Source of the DNA: Puniceicoccales bacterium
Lineage (GTDB): Bacteria; Verrucomicrobiota; Verrucomicrobiia; Opitutales; UBA9783
Assembly (NCBI GenBank): GCA_031258545.1
Contig: JAIRMU010000018.1
Coordinates: forward strand, 1 to 32,000
DNA: 32,000 nt
Direction: 5' to 3'
In this document: positions 1 to 8,186 of the stretch, piece by piece
Numbering within the stretch: position 1 is the stretch's first letter
Layout of the letters: every line of letters begins with the position of its first letter
Translations under genes and position numbers: made by a program
The notes under the pieces: model-generated
Database searches by the model: none
Seen by the model: only the letters and a program-made list of their open reading frames with translations
What the model was told of the DNA's origin: nothing

Positions 1-185
1 ATATCGCAAATGCAAATGACTTTAAAAGCGTGTGGGATAAATTTCAATCGCTGGATGACTACAAAAAACATATCTACAACGTCAACGATGTGCACCTAAC
101 CAAAAACAAAGACATGTATTACGATTTCCCAGAATTTCCCCAAAAAACCGAAAGCATACGAAAAGCTGAAAATAGGTATTATTGA
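1..185 (+). CDS. 3' end of an unidentified protein-coding gene (partial, runs off the left edge)
   Basis: Frame 3 is open from the window edge to TGA at 183-185 (60 codons: IANANDFKSVWDKFQSLDDYKKHIYNVNDVHLTKNKDMYYDFPEFPQKTESIRKAENRYY*). It is absent from the ORF track because it has no in-window start. No recognisable motif. Confidence 0.3.
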   Translation, partial: IANANDFKSVWDKFQSLDDYKKHIYNVNDVHLTKNKDMYYDFPEFPQKTESIRKAENRYY

Positions 186-694
186 TGTGCTTGTACCTTA
201 TTCTATCAGCAATTACCCGTAAGCAACGCAACGATTTACATGTTTGGCTCTTTTGGGGTTCCTCCGATCAGAAAATCTCAACAGCAATACGGATTGGAAG
301 CCATAGTACTACGAGATTCACTTATTTTTTTCAAATCCTCTACTAAACGTACCCTCAGTCATCGACTTTAACAATGGTATATTGTATAGGAATATAGGAA
401 AACAGATACCGACAACTCAAAATAGAGATTTACGGTATACAATCATATAAAATGCATAGAGACTTATTTAGAGTCAATGGCGCTTTCTCTGTTTACCTAA
501 GCAAATTGTTTTCAATTATGCTATAGAGGTAGCGACAATGCCATTTAAATTACCTGCCCACTTCAACTTGAAGGGAATGTTTAAAACGTTAAAAAGATCG
601 AATCTTTACTTTTGCACCCTTCAGTCCGTGATTCCATACCGTTTGACCTGTACTTGAAATTTTACAGAAAACCCCATGAGTTTTTTACAGAAAA

Positions 695-1114
695 TCAATA
701 ACGTGCATCGAACTTGCGTGCCAAAACCACCTGCCCAACGATCCACTGGCGCAAACGGATTGACTTTTTGATCCGTGCTCGAAGTCTTGGTCGGGGTATG
801 CTTTTTACGCACACGCACGGCTGATCGATCTCCGGACGCACGGCGTCTATGGAGGTTGCCAAATTGCTTGGGAATGTTTCCCCTAAAAGATCTTCAACCG
901 TAGACTTTGTTTGTGGTTCCCGTGTTTGTACCTCAAGTTCACTCGCCCCTCGTTGCCGTTTGAGCATTTCAATTTTCTTACGCGCTTCCTCAAGGTAACG
1001 CCCATCGTCATCTGCATTTTGCGTTTTTGGTTTTGCGGCCGGTTGCTTTTTAACGCCGGGAATAAACGCTAAAACCAAAAACACCATCACGTAAATGAGA
1101 TCATCCCAATTCAT
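695..1114 (-). CDS. Hypothetical small membrane-anchored protein encoded immediately downstream of floA
   Basis: 139-aa ORF. The N-terminal hydrophobic helix (DLIYVMVFLVLAFIPGV) is followed by a charged, low-complexity region. Its start lies 2 nt after the floA stop, suggesting co-transcription. No family recognised. The C-terminal third overlaps an alternative 65-aa ORF (621-818), so the 3' end is uncertain. Confidence 0.5.
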   Translation of the reverse strand: MNWDDLIYVMVFLVLAFIPGVKKQPAAKPKTQNADDDGRYLEEARKKIEMLKRQRGASELEVQTREPQTKSTVEDLLGETFPSNLATSIDAVRPEIDQPCVCVKSIPRPRLRARIKKSIRLRQWIVGQVVLARKFDARY

Positions 1115-1116
1115 TT

Positions 1117-2139
1117 TTATGCGTGTAAATCTTCCCCAATGGTATTTTCTGCGTCTTTGGACAAATGTTCGCGCATTTCCGTATCGGCTTTTACATTTTC
1201 CATACGATAAAAATCCATGACTCCCAAACGGCCTTTACGTAAAGCTTCCGATACCGCCAAGGGTACTTCCGCCTGCGATTCGACCACCTTGGCACGCATT
1301 TCTTCCACGCGCGCTTTCATTTCTTGCTCCAGGGCAACGGCACTGGCACGGCGGATTTCCGCCTGAGCTTGCGCCATGTTCTTATTTGCTTCCGCCTGCG
1401 AAACCTGCAATTTGGCACCCACATTTTCTCCAATGTCAATGTCGGCAATGTCAATGGAAAGAATTTCGTAAGCGGTTCCAACGTCCAAACCTCTATTCAG
1501 CACAACTTTGGAAATTTGATCGGGTGTCTCCAAAACCTGCTTGTAGGTCTCCGCAGACCCAATGGTGGCCACAATGCCTTCACCCACACGCGCAATGATG
1601 GTATCCTCCTGAGCGCCACCCACAAAACGGTCCAAATTTGTACGAACGGTCACGCGGGCCCTCACCTTGACCTGGATGCCATCTTTTGCGACTCCGTCAA
1701 TCGTCAATTTACTCTGAATTGCCTTTGGACAGTCGATTACCTTGGGATTGACAGACGTATGAACGGCTTCGATCACCGTTTTACCCGTTCCTTTGGTTGC
1801 CAAATCGATGGCGCAGGCACGCGCAAAACTTAATTCAATGCCGGCCTTTTCGGCCGCTATCAATGCCTGAACCGTCTGCAATAAATTGCCTTCTGCCAAA
1901 AAATGGGCCTCCAACTCATCCACCGACAAATCAATTCCGGCCTTGGCAGCCGTAATACGACAATCAACGATCAATCCGTAGGGAACCTTTCTTAGACGCA
2001 TCGCAATTAAATTGGGAATACTTACGTAGGCTCCCGCCAACCATGCCCTTAACCAAACGTTAAAAAAGGACAAAACAATAGCCAACAATCCAAGGATTAA
2101 AAACCCTACAATCAACAACGTAATACTGGTGCCTTCCAT
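1117..2139 (-). CDS. floA: Flotillin-like protein FloA (UPF0365/YqfA family, SPFH domain)
   Basis: 340 aa. An N-terminal TM helix is followed by [24 protein letters not shown]...[17 protein letters not shown]...[16 protein letters not shown]...ACAIDLA, the characteristic FloA/YqfA N-terminal and SPFH core. The C-terminus is an A/E/Q-rich coiled coil. Confidence 0.9.
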   Translation of the reverse strand: MEGTSITLLIVGFLILGLLAIVLSFFNVWLRAWLAGAYVSIPNLIAMRLRKVPYGLIVDCRITAAKAGIDLSVDELEAHFLAEGNLLQTVQALIAAEKAGIELSFARACAIDLATKGTGKTVIEAVHTSVNPKVIDCPKAIQSKLTIDGVAKDGIQVKVRARVTVRTNLDRFVGGAQEDTIIARVGEGIVATIGSAETYKQVLETPDQISKVVLNRGLDVGTAYEILSIDIADIDIGENVGAKLQVSQAEANKNMAQAQAEIRRASAVALEQEMKARVEEMRAKVVESQAEVPLAVSEALRKGRLGVMDFYRMENVKADTEMREHLSKDAENTIGEDLHA

Positions 2140-2254
2140 GCGTTCTACTTTACTTACCGCACGTCAAAAAACAAGCATTTTTAACCACAAACCGCAAAAG
2201 ATAAACACGCTTCAAGAGGAATACAATTTTTCCCCATACCATTTTTAATGTAAC

Positions 2255-4036
2255 CTACAATGCATATGTACCCTCATCGGATTCCGTACCAAGGAGTTGT
2301 TTTTCCACCAATTGCCTGTACAGTTCACTTGTTTTCAGCAACGCAGCATGCGTCCCCTGACAAATGAATCGTCCCGCATTGAACAAATAAATGCAGTGCG
2401 CATTTTGAATCGTACTGATGCGATGAGCAATGGCAATAACTGTCTTGTCAACCGTTAACCGATTAATGGCTTGCCGAATATAAAATTCACTCTCCGAATC
2501 CAGAGCGGACGTAGCCTCATCCAAAATGAGTACGGGGGCATTTTTTAAAAAAGCACGCGCAATGGCCAAACGTTGCCTCTGGCCACCCGAAAAACGATTT
2601 CCGTTTTCACCCACCCAAGCGTGATAACCACCTGTGGCTAATATAAATTCGTGCGCGTACGCCGCCTTAGCGGCTTCAATCACAGCTGCATCGTCAGCTT
2701 CTGGGCATCCAAGTTTCAAATTATTGGCAATGGTGTCGTTAAATAAAACTGGATTTTGTGAAACGATCGCAATTTGACTACGCAAACTCTCGAGAGACCA
2801 TCGTCTCAGATCAATGCCATCCAATAAAATACAACCGCCACTCACGTCGTACAAACGCGGTAAAAGTTTAATGAGCGTGGATTTACCCGCACCGCTGGGC
2901 CCCACAAGCGCGCTCCATTTACCGGCAGAAAAAGTTAAGTTAATCCCTTGCAAAGCTTTCGTTGCATCCACCGATCGTTCGTAAATAAAATCGACCTCTT
3001 GAAACGCAAATTCACCTTTTATGGCATTTGCGTAAGCGTCTTTCTCCGGAGATTGAATCTCCATAGGCATTTCTAAAATCTCAACAATGCGTTCCAAAGC
3101 CCCCGTTGAGCGGTGTACTTGACTCAGGGTATTGCTCATTTTTTTGATGGGATCAAAGGCGAAATAAAGCGCGGTCCCCATAGCACTGAAAACCGAAAAA
3201 GGAATGCGCCTATAGTAGGCGTAAATGAAAATAATTGCAAGGATCACGGCCGTCACAATTTCCATCAAAGGCTGCTGGAGCTTTTGCCACTGCACAACCG
3301 TTTGAATGCGGTTGGCCAACCGATGCATTATACCTTTTGCTCTATCTAAAGCGGATTTTTCCAGCAAAAACGTTCTTATTTCCTGGACGGCACGCAAATT
3401 TTCTACGACGCATTCCGTCACTTCCGCTTCCGCATTTTGCATGCATCGACTACTTTCTTTTACACGGTAGCGCAGCAATCGTACGGGAATAAAACATATG
3501 GGTAACGCAAATAAAAATACCATCAATAAAACAAGATCACCATTTTTAACGGATAAATAAATGAGTCCGACAAACGCCGCTAGCATTTGTAAAGGTTGTT
3601 TGAAAAATTCGGACGCAATTTCAAGTAAAACGTCCTGAATTGTTTTGGGATCATTCACCACACGATTCACCAAATCGCCCGAATGCTTTTGCTCAAAAAA
3701 GGATAAAGGTATTGCCTGAAGCTTTGCAAAGATGTCGGCTCGCAAATGATTTAAAATTGCCAATCCACAGCGATTCATCCAATAGGTACTCAAATATCCA
3801 AAAATACCTCGCATCAAGAATCCCAAAGGGATCAATCCGGCGATCCACAAAATTTGTCCACACGTATAACTATTTTCGGTATCCTCAAAGATTTGCTTAA
3901 ATACCTTTTCAAATATTACGGGGAGTCCCAAGCCACTCATCAATCCGTAAATAACCCCACACATCAATGCCGCCATGAATAAAAACTTGTGCGTCGACAA
4001 ATAACGCCGACTTAGGGACCATAGCGTACATTTCAT
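2255..4036 (-). CDS. ABC transporter, fused permease/ATP-binding protein (MsbA-like lipid/multidrug exporter)
   Basis: 593 aa. N-terminal six-helix type-I exporter TMD. The NBD carries Walker A GPSGAGKST, ABC signature FSGGQRQRLAIARA, Walker B ILILDEATSALD and an H-loop IAHR. Confidence 0.9.
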   Translation of the reverse strand: MKCTLWSLSRRYLSTHKFLFMAALMCGVIYGLMSGLGLPVIFEKVFKQIFEDTENSYTCGQILWIAGLIPLGFLMRGIFGYLSTYWMNRCGLAILNHLRADIFAKLQAIPLSFFEQKHSGDLVNRVVNDPKTIQDVLLEIASEFFKQPLQMLAAFVGLIYLSVKNGDLVLLMVFLFALPICFIPVRLLRYRVKESSRCMQNAEAEVTECVVENLRAVQEIRTFLLEKSALDRAKGIMHRLANRIQTVVQWQKLQQPLMEIVTAVILAIIFIYAYYRRIPFSVFSAMGTALYFAFDPIKKMSNTLSQVHRSTGALERIVEILEMPMEIQSPEKDAYANAIKGEFAFQEVDFIYERSVDATKALQGINLTFSAGKWSALVGPSGAGKSTLIKLLPRLYDVSGGCILLDGIDLRRWSLESLRSQIAIVSQNPVLFNDTIANNLKLGCPEADDAAVIEAAKAAYAHEFILATGGYHAWVGENGNRFSGGQRQRLAIARAFLKNAPVLILDEATSALDSESEFYIRQAINRLTVDKTVIAIAHRISTIQNAHCIYLFNAGRFICQGTHAALLKTSELYRQLVEKQLLGTESDEGTYAL

Positions 4037-4131
4037 ACGAGTTGTGTACGCTATTTTCGACGCAAGGACAAGATTCTTTTTAGATCGACTTGCAACCGTA
4101 GAAAAATTATTTTCCCTTGTAAATTAATATC

Positions 4132-5181
4132 ATGATACGGGGCCTTCGATTGTTAAGCCATCAATTGGTAAATCCACATTGCCACTCGCCCAAAGAGCTA
4201 GTTTCCTGGATGGGCGCCATACAAGCTCAAAATTACCCCATGTCAAAATGGGCTATGGGTATTCGATTACCTGCATCCACGATTCGGACCATAGATAAGG
4301 TTATTCAAGATGGGGAAATAATACGCATGCACGTTTTACGGCCCACGTGGCATTGGGTACCTCGAGAAGATGTCCGATGGATGTTGGCGCTCTCCAAACG
4401 AAACATTCAATCCGCTCTAAAGTTTAGAAGTAAAAATAACGGTATGACGGATAATTTGTGCATCCAATGCAATCGTACGTTGGAAAAAATATTGGCGGGA
4501 CACCTCCATTTAACAAGGCAAGAAATCCGTTCGGCATTCCATCGGTTGGGTCTCAATATCCATCCCATACAGATGACATTGATAATGATGCAAGCCGAAA
4601 TCGAAGGCATTGTCTGCAGCGGCATCGAGAAAAATAATCAATGTACCTACGCTTTGTTGGAAGAACGCATTCCTCCCACTCCAACATTGTCTCGGGATGA
4701 AGCTTTGGCGAAATTGGCGACAAAATTTTTTCAAAGTCATTCGCCGGCAAGCCTATACGACTTTGCATGGTGGTCGGGCTTAACCTGTTCTGAAGCAAAG
4801 AAAGCAATCGACTTCATTGCATCAGACCTCGTTCAAGATAAACGGTATGCTCCTTGTCTCTGGACGCACGTGTCCTGCCCAACCCTCCCATGTCATAATA
4901 CAGAAAATTTACATTTGCTCCCATCGTACGATGAGTACTTTATTGCCTATAAGGATAGAACACACGTCATTGACCCACAACATCAACATAAAGCATTCAA
5001 CGCTTACGGTACGTTTTATCCTATTGTTTTATACAATGGCCAAGCTGTTGCAACCTGGAAGCAAACAACGCAACGGGCTGCATTTGTTTCTCCTTTTTAT
5101 CCTCAAATAAATATGCCTCAACGGTATTTACAAAAGGCCATGGACGTATACAAACATTTTATGGCCGCAAAGACATCCTAA
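4132..5181 (+). CDS. Winged-helix DNA glycosylase-like protein, AlkZ/YcaQ (HTH_42, DUF1006) family
   Basis: 349 aa. The N-terminus LRLLSHQL...SPKELVSWMGAIQAQNYPMSKWAMGIR is typical of the YcaQ/AlkZ family, with Q31-A32-Q33 at the position of the catalytic Q-phi-Q/D motif. Length and the C-terminal ...LPSYDEYFIAYKDR... segment also fit the family. Confidence 0.7.
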   Translation: MIRGLRLLSHQLVNPHCHSPKELVSWMGAIQAQNYPMSKWAMGIRLPASTIRTIDKVIQDGEIIRMHVLRPTWHWVPREDVRWMLALSKRNIQSALKFRSKNNGMTDNLCIQCNRTLEKILAGHLHLTRQEIRSAFHRLGLNIHPIQMTLIMMQAEIEGIVCSGIEKNNQCTYALLEERIPPTPTLSRDEALAKLATKFFQSHSPASLYDFAWWSGLTCSEAKKAIDFIASDLVQDKRYAPCLWTHVSCPTLPCHNTENLHLLPSYDEYFIAYKDRTHVIDPQHQHKAFNAYGTFYPIVLYNGQAVATWKQTTQRAAFVSPFYPQINMPQRYLQKAMDVYKHFMAAKTS

Positions 5182-5504
5182 AACATGTGGTATGCGATCA
5201 TTGAATTAACGTATACCTCAAAAGCAAAGAAGTAACAAAACGAAAAAATCAAATACACAACTTTGCTGCACGCGAAAAAAATTAAAATTCGATGCGCATA
5301 TTTTCAATTTTTAACTTGCAAAATGCAACATCGGTCCTCAAAGTGAGTGTATTATAAAAATGAATGCTTGTTTTATACTTTGTCCTGATTGCAAAGTTAC
5401 GCGTTTTTTGGGTTGGCGTTAGGCGCCTCATTGTAATTTTTTAACGCCCATTTTCCCACTTCTCATTTTTCTAAATTAGTACCCTTTCAAAAAAGTAAAA
5501 TTTT

Positions 5505-6632
5505 ATGTTCAAATTCATAAATGCTATTTTCATAGTGTCCGGAACCGCCATGGGGGCAGGACTCATTGCCTTACCTTTATCCTGCAAAGATATCGGCATT
5601 CTTCCCTGTTTGTTGCTCATCATAGTGAGCGCTTGGATATCTTACAAAACCGCCTGCATCACCCTCCAATTGAGCCATCAACGAGGGATAGGAACAAGCA
5701 TCGTGGAATTGAGTCGTGTTTTATCGTGCAGGCGAACAAAATACGTTACTCTCGTAAGTTTCTACCTATTGTCTTTCGCTTTATTATCCGTATACGCTTG
5801 CGCAACGGCAGACATGATACGCGTATTTTTGAACTTTCAAACGCCTATTCCAGGTTTCGTCATCTACAGTTTGCTGTTTTATTATCTTCTCAAACAACAC
5901 ATTCACCGCATATGCAGAATCAATTCACTGTTTTGCAGTGCGTTATTGCTATGCATTGCGTATGTCCTGGTTACCATCTGGAATCGTTCCTACGACTTTG
6001 TTATCTCAAGTCACTTCTCAAGCAACATATTGTTCACGCTTCCCATTTTATTGACCTCTTTTGGAGTTCAAAACGTATGCCCCAATATTTACAACCTATT
6101 GGATGGCAGCGTAAAAAAAGCGCAACGGGCGTTTTTAATAGGTATATTAATTCCAACTCTAATTTATTTTTTGTGGATATTTATGATATCCAATTACTTA
6201 CGAAACGCCGATTTCCAATTTTTCAATCAAATGATTCAGGGAACCATAAGTCCAGGGATGCTCGTTCAAAAATTGTGCAGTGTTGTCGGTGTTTCTTGGA
6301 TGGATACAATTTTTAAACTCATTTCCTTACTCGCCATCCTAACCTCGGCAATCGGTATTGGCATAGGTATTTGCATATCACTTCAGGAAGAACAAACTAA
6401 AATCAATCCTCAAATGCTGGTGGTCATCATTCCATGCATCGTGAATTTAACTTTTCAAAATGCATTTCTGAAAATACTGTCTTTTGGAGGTGCAATTGCA
6501 ACCGTATTCGTAATTTTTATTCCCATTTATCTAAAACGAATGAAAGAAAATATCACTTTACAGGATACCCTATGCTGCGTCTTTGGCCTACTTATTATTT
6601 TCGTAGAATGTATCGACATGGTGTTGCATTAA
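5505..6632 (+). CDS. Aromatic amino-acid permease (HAAAP family, TyrP/Mtr/TnaB-like)
   Basis: 375 aa, polytopic (about 11 hydrophobic segments). The N-terminal motif IVSGTAMGAGLIALPLS is characteristic of hydroxy/aromatic amino acid permeases. Confidence 0.7.
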   Translation: MFKFINAIFIVSGTAMGAGLIALPLSCKDIGILPCLLLIIVSAWISYKTACITLQLSHQRGIGTSIVELSRVLSCRRTKYVTLVSFYLLSFALLSVYACATADMIRVFLNFQTPIPGFVIYSLLFYYLLKQHIHRICRINSLFCSALLLCIAYVLVTIWNRSYDFVISSHFSSNILFTLPILLTSFGVQNVCPNIYNLLDGSVKKAQRAFLIGILIPTLIYFLWIFMISNYLRNADFQFFNQMIQGTISPGMLVQKLCSVVGVSWMDTIFKLISLLAILTSAIGIGIGICISLQEEQTKINPQMLVVIIPCIVNLTFQNAFLKILSFGGAIATVFVIFIPIYLKRMKENITLQDTLCCVFGLLIIFVECIDMVLH

Positions 6633-6779
6633 ATGAAAACTTTCTCCATCGGCGTATCGTGTGCATACTTTGCATCGTGCATTGGGTTCGCATAACACAA
6701 TTTATGCATTGCAATTACGTTGGCATAAAAACCGCGTAAAAATTTATGTGCACGACTAAAAAATAACCCAGCGGTTTTT

Positions 6780-7928
6780 CTAGTCCAGTTTTAAACCGTG
6801 ACGCAAGTATGTAGGTGTGTCCCAATAGGCTTCACTACCGGCATCATCGAAATCAAACTGGATTTGCGTGTTTTGACTATTTGCCATTTTTTCGCTGTCA
6901 GGTTTTTTACGATAGCGCGCAGCTTTTAAATTTTGCTTACAATAGGACCCTAAAACAAAAATTTCCACTCGCGATGTAACTTCCACTAACTCTGCATACG
7001 CATTGAGCACTTGAATCTCAGGTGACCCCAAATACCCCTGCAATTCGTAATATAAGTTTTTTAAATCCACGAATGGTACACCGGATCCCAATTGGGAAAA
7101 CATAAAAACTTTTTTTATGGGTATGTGCCCTTTGCTGGAACGCCAAAATGGACAGTCGAATACCGACCTTAACGCTTGTTCCGAAGCATGCTCGCCTTCT
7201 CCAAAGCCTATGCCCCAAAAAACACCTTCGGGTTTATCGGAAAAATGCTTCAGGAAATTATTTAAATTGCCCTCCAAAACACCGGCAGTATTTTGTGTTA
7301 AATAGGTAAAAAACATTTTCATCAATCTGGAGAGCCAGGCATCTCCTTCGGTAAACGCCTCTTTAATGGTCGCCACGTCCGACAATGATTGAAATAAAAT
7401 GTCATTGTTAAAAGGCACCACCAAATCTGAAGCGAGCTGCAGAGACTTCAATTGGCTTTGCACACGAATAGCCTTGGATTGTCCTTCAAAGGAAAAAGGC
7501 ACGATGGGAATGGTCAACACAAAAGCACCCCATTGGATGGCCAATTGAACCAACTTTAGGCAAGCGCCTCCACCCGTTCCTCCCCCCAGCCCGACGAGTA
7601 AAATAAGAATGTCGGTTTTTTGGCAAAAAGCGTGGAGTGGGGCTGCATCTTTTTCAAACATTTGTTCCACGAGCGCTTCATCGCCGCCAGAACTAAGCCC
7701 TCGAAAGTGACTTTTTTCGAAACAAAATTTTGGTAAAGATGGATGTAAACTTTCCAAGCAACGCAAATCTGTATCTACCGCTAAACACAAATCAGACAAA
7801 ATAGACACTTTGGAAAAGAAATCATTCAAAGCGCGGCAAGCCGCGCTTCCCAAAGCTAAACACTTCACACGTGCTCCCATCGTATGCGTCTTGCCCATAT
7901 CCAATCCATCCATATTTCCCTCATCCAA
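6780..7928 (-). CDS. ftsZ: Divergent cell-division GTPase FtsZ (tubulin/FtsZ family)
   Basis: 382 aa. Tubulin signature VGLGGGTGGG (T4). Also AVDTD, PFSFEG and PFNND segments, colinear with E. coli AVNTD, PFNFEG and IPND. The C-terminal DTPTYLRHG matches the FtsZ C-terminal peptide (DIPAFLRKQ / DIPTFLRNR). The T1 and T7 loop equivalents look degenerate (see findings). Alternative starts at Met6, Met11 and Met17. Confidence 0.75.
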   Translation of the reverse strand: MDEGNMDGLDMGKTHTMGARVKCLALGSAACRALNDFFSKVSILSDLCLAVDTDLRCLESLHPSLPKFCFEKSHFRGLSSGGDEALVEQMFEKDAAPLHAFCQKTDILILLVGLGGGTGGGACLKLVQLAIQWGAFVLTIPIVPFSFEGQSKAIRVQSQLKSLQLASDLVVPFNNDILFQSLSDVATIKEAFTEGDAWLSRLMKMFFTYLTQNTAGVLEGNLNNFLKHFSDKPEGVFWGIGFGEGEHASEQALRSVFDCPFWRSSKGHIPIKKVFMFSQLGSGVPFVDLKNLYYELQGYLGSPEIQVLNAYAELVEVTSRVEIFVLGSYCKQNLKAARYRKKPDSEKMANSQNTQIQFDFDDAGSEAYWDTPTYLRHGLKLD

Positions 7929-8186
7929 TCGAACGCTTCCAATCTTGTCAAACCTTTGTTAAATGCTGATATGGTGCGGACTAGCACTTGATTGCCAATC
8001 GCATATCATTCTCGAAGCATTGGAGACAAAAATAGGTTGGCATAAAATATTTTAATTGAAAATAAGCGGCAGCCATCTTAAATGATTTACAAAAAAGTTT
8101 AAAAGCCGTCAAAATGAACAACTGGGTTGCATAAAATGCATTTTTACACATCAATTTAGATGCTAAAAATTGTTATCCGCAATAGG

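Noticed and set aside
422-529. Cluster of ATAGAG(A/G) hexamers/heptamers (422, 456, 469, 523)
   Set aside because: The spacing is irregular (34, 13 and 54 bp) in very AT-rich DNA. I cannot distinguish it from chance without genome-wide statistics.
621-818. 65-aa minus-strand ORF overlapping the 3' third of the 139-aa ORF
   Set aside because: It has no motif and no independent start context. It is kept only as a caveat that the 139-aa gene may carry a frameshift or a mis-called 3' end.
1324-1833. 169-aa plus-strand ORF (and the 70-aa ORF at 1386-1598) inside floA
   Set aside because: It lies fully antisense to a strongly supported FloA coding sequence. The translation is low-complexity and Arg/Gly/Asn-rich with no motifs. 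This is a typical shadow ORF.
5633-6316. 227-aa plus-strand ORF overlapping the permease gene in another frame
   Set aside because: It is an alternate frame of the 375-aa HAAAP permease. The permease frame shows coherent TM helices and the family motif, while this frame is basic and unstructured.
6434-6739. 101-aa plus-strand ORF spanning the permease 3' end and the spacer
   Set aside because: It overlaps the permease in a different frame and runs through the GCAT-rich intergenic sequence. There is no recognisable domain.
6725-6779. Candidate bidirectional terminator between the permease and ftsZ (AAAACCGC ... GCGGTTTTT, and the small AACC-GCTG-GGTT hairpin)
   Set aside because: The long pairing has a loop of about 35 nt and the small hairpin has only 4 bp. 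Both are too weak to call a terminator with confidence.
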